Shown here: piece after piece, positions 55,601 through 62,021 of the stretch
How positions within the stretch are numbered: the first letter of the stretch is position 1
Layout: every line of letters starts with the position of its first letter
Source of the DNA: Chiloscyllium plagiosum
Lineage: Eukaryota
Assembly: GCF_004010195.1 (NCBI RefSeq)
Contig: NW_025215381.1
Coordinates: 937,909 to 1,001,908, forward strand
Direction: 5' to 3'
Length of the DNA: 64,000 nt
Made by a program: the position numbers and the translations under genes
The notes under the pieces: generated by a model
The model's input: the letters and a program-made list of their open reading frames with translations, nothing else
Database searches by the model: none
Told to the model about the DNA's origin: nothing

Positions 55601-58600
55601 CCCAGCGATAGTGAAGGAATGGCAATATGTTTGTAAGTCAGGGTTGTGAGTGGCTTGGAGACTGTGATCTCCAGGTATCTTGTAAATAGTACACACAACT
55701 GCTATTGGGCGTCAATGGGACACATCTTCAGATATAAAAAATTCTTAAAGGACTGGACATGAGGGCAGGTTGTTTCCCTTGTGAGAGAACGTAGGACCAC
55801 AGAGCATAATCTCAGGATAAGGAGTTGCCCATTTAAGCTTGAGATGAGGTGGAATCTCTTATCTCTGAGGGCTATGAATCAGTGGAATTCTTTACGTCAG
55901 AGGACAATTGGGACTGGGTCATTAAGTATATTCAGTATGAGTATTATCCCATCCGTTCGGAGGATGGGTCACTGGACCTGAAACGTTACTCTGATTTCTT
56001 TTCACTGATGCTGCCAGACCAGACTGCTGAGCTTTTCCAGGCAGGCAAAAGTGAGGACTGCAGATGCTGGAAACCAGAGTTTAGATCAGAGTGGTGCTAG
56101 AAAACCACAGCAGGTCAGGCAGCATCTGAGGAGCAGGAAAATCGACGTTTCGGGCTAAAGCCCTGATTCCTGATGAAGGGCTTTTGCCCGAAACATTGAT
56201 TTTCCTGCTCCTCTGATGCTGCCTGACCTGCTGAGCTTTTCCGACAATTTCTGTTTTTGTTTCCAAACAATCCCTGAACATGTAAAACATGGGATTAAAT
56301 CCAAGGAAGTGCTCCCTGCACTCATCAACTTTGTACAACATGTTTGAAATACTGTGCACAATGGTAATTCTGTCTCTGTCAGCTGTGAAAGAGCACCAAA
56401 ATCAAATGTTGCCACCTGTCATGTCAGCTATATTGGGCAAGTGAAGGCCTTGTGGTCTTATCACTAGACTGTTAATCCAGGTAATCTTTTGGAGACCGAA
56501 TGTTGAAATTTGAATTTAATAATAAATCTGGAAATAAGAGTCTAATGATGACCGTGAATCCATTGTCAATTGTTGGAGAAATCCATCTGGTTCACTGAGT
56601 TCTTTAGGGAAGGAAACTGGAACCTACGTGTGATTCCAGACTCTTAACTCTTCTCTGGGCAGTTATAGATGGCAATACAATGCTGGCCCACCCAGTGACG
56701 CCCACATCCTGTGGATTAAAAAAAACAAAATCCTCCTTTTATTAGATTAACATTGACATTAAGTTATCTTGAATTGACAGTATGCAGCTGTGAGCCCAGC
56801 ATGGCTGACACTATGCAAACTCATTTTGTATCCGAGAGACATGATCAAAAACCAGGTGAGACTTTGATTCAGTTTGCCTAGTGTCCAGAGACCAAATGTA
56901 AGGGAACTCATGCAGAAGGAAGTGTCTTCCTGTCACTCACAGCAGTATCACAGTGCAGAGTGACCCCCATCAGGACCCTTCCCACCTGTCCTTGTTTACA
57001 TCTGAAAGGCCTGTTATGTTGCTGTTGTCCACAGGTTAAGATCGATGAGATTGATGAACAGTGGTCTGGTTCACTGCACATTGGGTTGACCACTCTTCAG
57101 CCTTTGGATGTCTCCTGTCCCTCCTCCGGGCTTCCATCTTCATTGCTGGATCTGAGGTCAAAGGTCAGCTGGCTGGTCAGTGGCTCCGAGGTCAGGCGCA
57201 ACGGAACGCTGCAGAAGCAGAACTACGGTTTCTCGATGGAGCGGCTGACGGTAAGAGCGGCTGACAGAGTCCGACAAAGTCTGGGTTTCACACAAGGCCC
57301 GTTAATCTAAAAACTTGCATGAGCACAGGGTCTGACCTGGCAATGGGATAAGTCTGTTTTTGGGGGTCTAATTTCACTGTTTCACTTGAGTTGGGTTCTT
57401 CCTTTAGTAATTTTTGCATGTCAGCAGTGACTCACTGGGCACCCGCTCTGTTACCTCGTTGTTGCAAAATCAACTCCCATTCCAGAGACCTCAGCAAGTT
57501 TTTGTAGATGTTGGGGATGAGGCCGTGCTGCGTTATCACGGGTGCCTTTTTCAGATGATTCTTTAAAACCAAGGTCCCTCCTGGCTCCATCAAGTGGACA
57601 GAAAAGATCTTTTATTTCAGAGAAATGGATTGTCTTTGGTGCCTTTGGTCAGTGTGAAAGCAGCACTGCTTTGAGACTGACACTGAGCTATTTGATTTGA
57701 AGGGAATTGGCGAGCCATTTGGACTGATATGTCTCAGGTTGCCTTGTCTAGGATTTGCTGATCTCAGCAGCTTGAGGTTGGGGTTGAGCTGGGCAAGACA
57801 GAGGCTTTCAGTTGGGATCAGGACCCAGTTCTCTGTACTGTCCACTAACTGCTTGCAGCACGAAGCCAACAAGTGCACATGTCACTGCAGTTCTCTCAGC
57901 TACATGTCTGTTTGACTCTGTCTCTGACTCTCTCTCTCCCTGCCCCTTCCCTTGCCCTGTCTGTCTCTCCCTCCTCCCTCTGTCTGTCTCTCTCTCTGTG
58001 TGTCTGTCTCCCTCTCGCTCGCGCTCTCTGCGTGTCTCTCGCGCTCTCTCTCTGCACGTGTCTCGCTCTCTGCACGTGTCTCGCTCTCTGCACGTGTCTC
58101 GCTCTCGCTCTGCACCTCGCTCTCTCTCTATCCCCTCTCCCATAATCCCGTCAATTCCCTAAGGTGGAAAAACCATCTCTGTCAAGCTGACATTCACCTT
58201 CTCAGCACCATCAGGAGAGGGAAGGCAGGGTAGAGGGTCGTTGGTTAGAAGGACAACCGATGTAGTTTCTGTGTGCAGCAAAACCCACATTGCTGCTGAT
58301 TGCTTGGACACCATCCCAAAGTGGGCCATCTGTTGAGCCCAAGGCCATTTTCAGATCGTGCCTTTTCACTGCAGGTTGGCAACCGCGTTGGAGTGAAGCG
58401 TGCCAGTGATGATACCATGCACATCTTCATTGATGGAGAGGACATGGGCGTGGCAGCAGCAGGCATTGCTAAGGTAATTGATCTCGAGTCAACTGAATAC
58501 GGTACAGAGCCAAAACCACAGCAGGTGGATCTCAGCATGGCCAAACACTGAACCATCAACTTCAGTAAAATAGGGCCCTTAAACCTGCTCTGTCATTTGG

Positions 58601-61600
58601 ATCCTGATCATCAGTTTCCTGCACCATCTCCATAATCCCAAATGTCATTGGATGCCAGAAATCTAGCAAACTTTACTTTTCACTGCACTCTGGCTGGGGG
58701 AATCCTCCTTCCTGCATCGTCCCCTATTAGCTCAAATGAGATCACCTTACATTTTTCCAAAATCCAGAAAAATAGGGACCATCTTCTAAATTGCTACTGA
58801 AGAGATCCCTGGAATTAGTCTGGTGAATTGTCCTATATCCTTTTCATGAAAGAAAATCAGATTGTACACAAAATGTAGCCTCACCAAGGTTCCATGCAAC
58901 TGCAGCGAGACATCTTCACTCTGGCGCTCAAGTCCCCTTTTGATGAAGGACAACTCACTATTTGCCTTCCCAACTGCTAGCTACCCCTGCATCTGCACTT
59001 ACAGTGACTGACAGACAGTTGATGGTCAAATATTGAGAAATCTGTTTTATCAATATTGAGAAGCTAGGAACTGTGCAGAGAGGTAAGGATAGAAGTGTAG
59101 CTATCATGATGCAAAGCATTTTTGGGATGAATATACCTTATTCCAACAAATACAAAAGATTCCAATAGATGGACCCACCCACAATTAACTCAGAATGTCA
59201 AAAATACTATTGACCAGCAAAGTTTGGTGGCAGGTCAGAAGATTGGACAGAAATTTTTAAAAAGCCAGAAATTACTAAAAGATTGACATTGAGGGAAAAA
59301 TTAGAGTAGCAGAGAAAGTTAGCCAAAAATATAAAAGCAGATCAGAAAGGTTACCTTGGGTATTTAAAATTAATATTTAAAAAAAAACTAAGAGTTAACA
59401 AAGTAAGTTTAGTTCACATAGAAAATGAGCCTGGGGAGTTCGTAGGGAAGATAAAGAGATGGCAGACAAAGGGTTTGTGTTGGTCTTCACTAGGCAGGAT
59501 ACAATTAGAATCCCAGAAATAGCTGTAAGTCAGGAATTGAAACCATGATGTGGAGGTGCTGGTGTTAGACTGGACAAGGTCAGAAGTCACATGGCAACAG
59601 ATTATCGTCCAGCAGGTTTACCAAAAATCGCAAGCTTTCAGAGTGCTGATACTTCGTCAGGTGAAATGACTCCAAAAGCTTATGATTTCAGGTAAACCTG
59701 TTGGACTATCACCTGGTGTCATGTGACTTATGACCTCAGGAATTGAAAGGGAGGGAGGAACGCACCTCCGCCCTTGAAACCTACCCCTCCAACCGCAACA
59801 AGGACAGAACCTCCCTGGTCCCCCACCTTCCACCCTACCAACCTCCGCATATATCGGATCATCCGCTGACATTTCCGTCGCGTACAAATGGACCCCACAC
59901 CCAGAGATATATTTCCCTCCCCACCCCTATCTGCTTTCCGCAAAGACCGTTCCCTCCACGACCACCTGGTCAGGTCCAACCTTCCTAACAAACCGCCCTC
60001 CCCTCCTCGCACCTTCCCCTGCCACTGCAGGAATTGCAAAACCTGTGCCCCAAATCTTCCCCCTCACCTCCATCCAAGGCCCCAAAGGAGCCTTCCACAT
60101 CTATCAAAATTTCACCTGTACTTTCAAACATGTCATTTATTGTATCCGTTGCTCCCGATGCAGTCTCCTCTGAAGTTGGGGAGACTGAACGCCTTCTCGC
60201 AGAGCGCTTTAGGGAACATCTTAGGGACGCCTGCACCAACCAACCCCACTGCTTAACATTTCAACCCACTGCCGAAGACATGCAGGTCCTCCTCCATCAC
60301 CACGCCCTCACCACCCGATGCCTGGAGGAAGAATGCCTCATCTTCCACCTCGGATACTTCAACCCTGGGGCATCAATGTGGACTTCACCAGTTTCCTCAC
60401 CTTACCCCACCTTACCCCAGCTCGAACCTTCCAGCTCAGCCCTGCCCCATGACCTGTCCCACCTGTCAATCTTCCTTCCCACCTATCCCCTCCACCCTCC
60501 TCTCCGACCTGTCACCTTTACCCCCCACCTCCAACCACCTATTACGCTCTCACCTATCTTCTCCCCAGCCCCACCCCCATCCCATTTATCTCTCCATCCC
60601 TGAGGCTCCCAGCCTCATTCCTGATGGAGGGCTCCATCCTGAAACGTCGATTTTCCTGCTCAAATGCTGCCTGACCTGCTGTGCTTTTCCAGCAATGCAC
60701 ATTCAACTCTGATCTCCAACATCTGCAGACCTCACTATCTCCTAGGAACTCACAATTACCAGGGAGGTAGTACTGAGTAAATTGAACTGCAAAGTGACAA
60801 GTCCCCAGGTTCTGATGAATTTCTTAATGTTGTAAAAGTAGCATTCCGTTTCCCCAGTACCACTTCCCTCATAGCTGTAATTGCATCAAGATCCTCTCCC
60901 TCCTCCTCCTCCTGATTTGCAGTTATTACTGGAATGTATTTTGTTCTCGTGAATTTACTGCCCTTGTCCTTTTAAGTCAGAAGTGATAGGTTTGGGGCAT
61001 GCTATCAACCCTGCACTAACATTCATGTTTATAAATGATATTGTGAAACGTCAGTGAAAATATTCTACCAAGGGAGTCAGGAACTCCTTCCTGCAGGGAA
61101 TACAGAGGAGCCTCGATTATCTAGCATTCTGTTATCCGAATTTCGGATTATCCGGACAATATCACAAGCCCCCGATGCTCGGGTAAACTATGTTTATCCG
61201 GCATTCGATTATCCGAACATTGGATAATCAAGATTCCTCTGTAGTTGAGGAAAGTAGTATTGATACATTGAAGCTGGATAGATATGAGGATAAGGAATAG
61301 AAGGATATGCTGATCTAGTGAGTTGAAAAGGGAATGGTAGGAGCTCATATGTCCCAGATTATCAGCAGAGAGCCAAATGACCTCTTGCTGTGCTTGAGAG
61401 TAGATTAGATTAGATTTCCTACAGTGTGGAAACAGCCCCTTCAGCCCAACCAGTCCACACTGACCTCCAAAAGTAACCCACCCAGACCGTCTTGACTAAT
61501 GCACCTAACACTATGGGCAATTTAGCATGGGCAATTCACCTGACCTGCACATTTGGATTGTGGGGAGGAAACCAGAGCACCCAGAGGAAACCCACGCAGA

Positions 61601-61960
61601 CATGAAGAGAATATGCAAACTCCACACACAGTCACCCGAGACTGGAATCAAACCTAGGACCCTGGTGCTTTTAGGCAGCAGTGCTAACCACTGTGCCAAC
61701 ATAGTGCACATGTAATATATTTCATCCCAATCCCTACGTAGCTGGTCTCTATCTGGTTTGACTGTCATTTTTAATGAATAATGAATATTTCTTTTCCTCT
61801 CCCATCATCCTTGCAGAATGTTTATGCAGTGGTTGACCTGTACGGTAAAGTTGTGTCGGTGTCCATTGTGAGTTCCAGTGCAATGGAGGAGGCAGAGAGT
61901 ACAAAACCACCCTCAATATCCTCGGACAGTGGCAGTGAGGATGAAGAAGAGCTGAGCCCT
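10535..61960 (+). CDS. NEURL4: Neuralized-like protein 4, partial multi-exon gene (16 coding exons, ~2226 nt, part of NHR2 through NHR5)
   Basis: Exons have canonical AG/GT boundaries with mutually compatible phases. The translation contains repeated NHR motifs (IDKxVDKWx[14 protein letters not shown]) and segments I recognise from vertebrate NEURL4, such as [13 protein letters not shown] and [20 protein letters not shown]. Confidence 0.96.
10880..12225. mobile_element. Second SINE family (- strand, ~10880-11190) plus LINE fragments of the CR1/L2 group (RT motif VGMFADD, + strand ~11420-12215)
   Basis: gggacagttaagagtcaaccacattgctgtgg...gtcacatgtaggcc recurs at 52500-52560 and in reverse at 56580-56690; shared tail aatgctggcc..gccagc..catccc. 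Confidence 0.65.
12861..12949 (+). CDS. NEURL4: NEURL4 exon B ([30 protein letters not shown])
   Basis: tttcag|GA ... CAG|gtaaat; 89 nt, phase 1 to 0. Confidence 0.95.
13591..13663 (+). CDS. NEURL4: NEURL4 exon C ([24 protein letters not shown])
   Basis: ccacag|GAA ... CAAG|gtaaga; 73 nt, phase 0 to 1. Confidence 0.95.
14215..15510 (-). mobile_element. CR1 LINE RT fragment
   Basis: [49 protein letters not shown]. Confidence 0.9.
15658..15753 (+). mobile_element. Solo PLE family A 3' end with degenerate HHR
   Basis: 13-bp TSD tagttaagaaatc at 15645-15657 and 15754-15766. Confidence 0.8.
15833..16130 (+). mobile_element. tRNA-derived SINE (HE1/V-SINE-like)
   Basis: gggtggcacagtggctcagtggttagcact...ggttcgattcc. 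Confidence 0.9.
17560..18000. repeat. CT-rich low-complexity tract directly upstream of exon D
   Basis: ~440 bp strongly pyrimidine-biased on the + strand. Confidence 0.85.
18002..18263 (+). CDS. NEURL4: NEURL4 exon D ([27 protein letters not shown]...[23 protein letters not shown])
   Basis: ttgcag|GC ... CCCA|gtaagt; 262 nt, phase 1 to 2. Confidence 0.95.
18285..18712. repeat. Degenerate ~70-bp tandem satellite, interrupted by a PLE/HHR fragment at ~18395-18519
   Basis: Recurring ctgtacct.tcctgggagtgtttgatggg..cagtgtagag.gagctttactct.tatctaacc. Confidence 0.8.
18820..19590 (-). mobile_element. CR1 LINE 3' fragment
   Basis: [29 protein letters not shown]; (tcatagag)-type tail. Confidence 0.8.
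20400..20700 (-). mobile_element. CR1 LINE 3' end
   Basis: tcatagaatcatgcagcacagaaacagacccttcggtcca tail. Confidence 0.75.
21057..21238 (+). CDS. NEURL4: NEURL4 exon E ([41 protein letters not shown]...TNLRS)
   Basis: caacag|C ... TCTG|gtgggt; 182 nt, phase 2 to 1. Confidence 0.96.
21571..21656 (+). CDS. NEURL4: NEURL4 exon F ([29 protein letters not shown])
   Basis: tttcag|GT ... AAG|gtgggc; 86 nt, phase 1 to 0. Confidence 0.96.
21878..22196 (+). mobile_element. tRNA-derived SINE (HE1/V-SINE-like)
   Basis: ggggcggcacggtggctcagtggttag...gggccgaagggcctgtttcc. Confidence 0.9.
23068..23367 (-). mobile_element. tRNA-derived SINE (HE1/V-SINE-like)
   Basis: Reverse-complement match to the + strand copies. 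Confidence 0.9.
23988..24150 (+). CDS. NEURL4: NEURL4 exon G ([25 protein letters not shown]...[20 protein letters not shown]); absent from the ORF track
   Basis: gacaag|GCG ... ATAG|gtgagt; 163 nt, phase 0 to 1; completes the NHR3 motif. Confidence 0.93.
24521..24844 (-). mobile_element. tRNA-derived SINE (HE1/V-SINE-like)
   Basis: Reverse-complement match to the + strand copies. Confidence 0.85.
25745..25852. repeat. ~40-bp tandem repeat, ~2.7 copies
   Basis: tcaatccagcatcag.tgattgggctt..tgtgtg.ttg repeated. Confidence 0.75.
26062..26260 (+). CDS. NEURL4: NEURL4 exon H ([12 protein letters not shown]...[39 protein letters not shown])
   Basis: gcccag|AT ... AACAG|gtaaag; 199 nt, phase 1 to 2. 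Confidence 0.95.
26449..26646. mobile_element. Fold-back PLE-derived element (family C) with HHR
   Basis: Arms are reverse complements of each other; TSD tgaaggaggca / tgaaggaagca at 26438-26448 and 26649-26659. Confidence 0.8.
26536..26570 (-). ncRNA. Minimal hammerhead ribozyme motif (family C), core intact
   Basis: AC CUGAUGA A GGAUC AGU GCUCC GAAA GC UA GU. Confidence 0.7.
26830..27395 (-). mobile_element. CR1 LINE 3' fragment
   Basis: [33 protein letters not shown]. Confidence 0.8.
27396..27540. mobile_element. Fold-back family C element (degenerate HHR)
   Basis: 11-bp TSD cagctaataaa at 27385-27395 and 27541-27551. Confidence 0.8.
27580..30040 (+). mobile_element. Long degenerate CR1 ORF2 (endonuclease through RT and tail)
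   Basis: [29 protein letters not shown]; many stops. Confidence 0.85.
30421..30721. mobile_element. Fold-back PLE family A element with two HHR motifs
   Basis: - arm 30421-30620 and + arm ~30624-30725 are mutually complementary. Confidence 0.85.
30511..30546 (-). ncRNA. Minimal hammerhead ribozyme motif (family A), core intact
   Basis: AUUC CUGAAGA A GGGC UAAU GCCC GAAA CG UC GAUU. Confidence 0.75.
32671..36509 (-). mobile_element. Near full-length but dead CR1 LINE (ORF1 with SGNH esterase-like domain; ORF2 APE endonuclease and RT), inserted in an older CR1
   Basis: ORF1 [71 protein letters not shown]; host CR1 resumes at 36510. Confidence 0.9.
36268..36292. repeat. Poly-C homopolymer
   Basis: ~25 consecutive C. 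Confidence 0.9.
38243..38544 (-). mobile_element. tRNA-derived SINE (HE1/V-SINE-like), young
   Basis: Close to the 2702-3010 copy, CpGs retained. Confidence 0.9.
39055..39131 (+). CDS. NEURL4: NEURL4 exon I ([25 protein letters not shown]); absent from the ORF track
   Basis: tttcag|A ... GCAG|gtgagt; 77 nt, phase 2 to 1. Confidence 0.94.
39949..40574. mobile_element. Possible solo LTR-like repeat (TG...CA)
   Basis: Starts tgttatg and ends atcatcaca, ~625 bp; no clear TSD. Confidence 0.35.
41935..42279 (-). mobile_element. tRNA-derived SINE (HE1/V-SINE-like)
   Basis: Reverse-complement match to the + strand copies. Confidence 0.88.
42469..42547 (+). CDS. NEURL4: NEURL4 exon J ([27 protein letters not shown]); absent from the ORF track
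   Basis: atttag|GA ... CTGAG|gtaatg; 79 nt, phase 1 to 2. Confidence 0.94.
43085..44180 (+). mobile_element. CR1 ORF2 fragments with internal deletions
   Basis: [30 protein letters not shown]. Confidence 0.85.
44526..44754. mobile_element. Fold-back PLE family A element with two HHR motifs
   Basis: 10-bp TSD ccacattgtt at 44516-44525 and 44755-44764; arms complementary. Confidence 0.88.
44587..44621 (-). ncRNA. Minimal hammerhead ribozyme motif (family A), core intact
   Basis: UUC CUGAUGA A GGGC UCAC GCCC GAAA CA UC GAUU. Confidence 0.7.
44988..45157 (+). CDS. NEURL4: NEURL4 exon K ([32 protein letters not shown]...GLPP)
   Basis: tttcag|T ... CCAG|gtaagt; 170 nt, phase 2 to 1. Confidence 0.96.
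46706..46834 (+). CDS. NEURL4: NEURL4 exon L ([20 protein letters not shown]...[10 protein letters not shown])
   Basis: ctgcag|AG ... CCAG|gtatgc; 129 nt, phase 1 to 1. Confidence 0.95.
47544..47689 (+). CDS. NEURL4: NEURL4 exon M ([49 protein letters not shown])
   Basis: tttcag|TT ... GAG|gtaact; 146 nt, phase 1 to 0; a second in-frame AG lies 6 nt downstream. Confidence 0.93.
47933..48268 (-). mobile_element. tRNA-derived SINE (HE1/V-SINE-like)
   Basis: Reverse-complement match to the + strand copies. Confidence 0.85.
49185..50958. mobile_element. Large inverted PLE family A (Neptune-type) insertion: - arm ~49251-50273, + arm ~50275-50957
   Basis: GIY-YIG domain [39 protein letters not shown]...HFNSPSH...LEEERLIF; direct repeat ttgtctttagc at 49174-49184 and 50959-50969. 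Confidence 0.9.
51190..51535 (-). mobile_element. CR1 LINE 3' fragment
   Basis: [26 protein letters not shown]. Confidence 0.75.
51727..51832 (+). mobile_element. Solo PLE-related 3' end with HHR-like motif
   Basis: 9-bp TSD ctgataggg at 51718-51726 and 51833-51841; CUGAAGA..GAAA present but U16.1 lost. Confidence 0.7.
52090..52930 (-). mobile_element. CR1/L2-group LINE 3' end with a nested second-family SINE (~52435-52755)
   Basis: ccttgagaag.tggtgg..agc..ccttcttgaaccg.tgcagtcc motif, also at 45640 and 55500. Confidence 0.65.
53660..55030. mobile_element. Mixed-orientation CR1 fragments and a partial SINE (54095-54222)
   Basis: [22 protein letters not shown] (-); RQHGFVKG (+). Confidence 0.75.
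55046..55323 (-). mobile_element. Penelope-like element family B, 5'-truncated, inserted in a CR1 tail
   Basis: [34 protein letters not shown] ctggcattgttg at 55040-55051 and 55324-55335. Confidence 0.88.
55084..55123 (-). ncRNA. Minimal hammerhead ribozyme motif (family B), core intact
   Basis: GCA CUGAGGA U GUCACC UAGACA GGGAAC GAAA CG UC UGC. Confidence 0.72.
55955..56265. mobile_element. PLE 3'-end cluster: degenerate HHR repeat with a fold-back family A element nested in it
   Basis: - arm 56041-56164, + arm 56166-56242. Confidence 0.75.
56166..56201 (+). ncRNA. Minimal hammerhead ribozyme motif (family A), core intact, sense to NEURL4
   Basis: AUUC CUGAUGA A GGGC UUUU GCCC GAAA CA UU GAUU. 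Confidence 0.68.
56445..56726 (+). mobile_element. Second-family SINE with A-rich tail
   Basis: ccatctggttcact..gttctttagggaaggaaact core; tail tgctggcccacccagtgacgcccacatcc..aaaaaaa. Confidence 0.65.
57035..57250 (+). CDS. NEURL4: NEURL4 exon N ([23 protein letters not shown]...[11 protein letters not shown])
   Basis: ccacag|GTT ... ACG|gtaaga; 216 nt, phase 0 to 0. Confidence 0.95.
57915..58140. repeat. CT-rich microsatellite containing an 18-bp tandem unit (tctctgcacgtgtctcgc) x3-4
   Basis: Seen directly. Confidence 0.9.
58375..58473 (+). CDS. NEURL4: NEURL4 exon O ([33 protein letters not shown])
   Basis: ctgcag|GTT ... AAG|gtaatt; 99 nt, phase 0 to 0. Confidence 0.95.
59545..59735. 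mobile_element. Fold-back family C element with HHR
   Basis: 13-bp TSD tcaggaattgaaa at 59530-59542 and 59736-59748; - strand CAC CUGACGA..GAAA GC UU GCG. Confidence 0.82.
59762..60743 (+). mobile_element. 5'-truncated PLE family A (linker, GIY-YIG and 3' end)
   Basis: [39 protein letters not shown]; flanked by aggaac(g/t)cac. Confidence 0.9.
61103..61241. mobile_element. 139-bp MITE (Tc1/mariner or Tigger-pogo type)
   Basis: TIRs cagaggagcctcgattatc / gataatcaagattcctctg, TA on both sides, internal ttcg.attatccg repeats. Confidence 0.85.
61401..61697 (-). mobile_element. tRNA-derived SINE (HE1/V-SINE-like)
   Basis: Reverse-complement match to the + strand copies. Confidence 0.87.
61817..61960 (+). 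CDS. NEURL4: NEURL4 exon P ([20 protein letters not shown]...[13 protein letters not shown]); 3' end could instead be 61969
   Basis: ttgcag|AAT; candidate donors CCT|gtaagg (61960) or AAA|gtctgt (61969). Confidence 0.9.
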
Positions 61961-62021
61961 GTAAGGAAAGTCTGTGTTGTATTTCTTCCTCTTCCTTTCC
62001 ATGAAAAGATTGGTTCACACA

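Noticed and set aside
57808..58233. Overlapping ORFs on both strands with RE/SL repeats
   Set aside because: Microsatellite translation.
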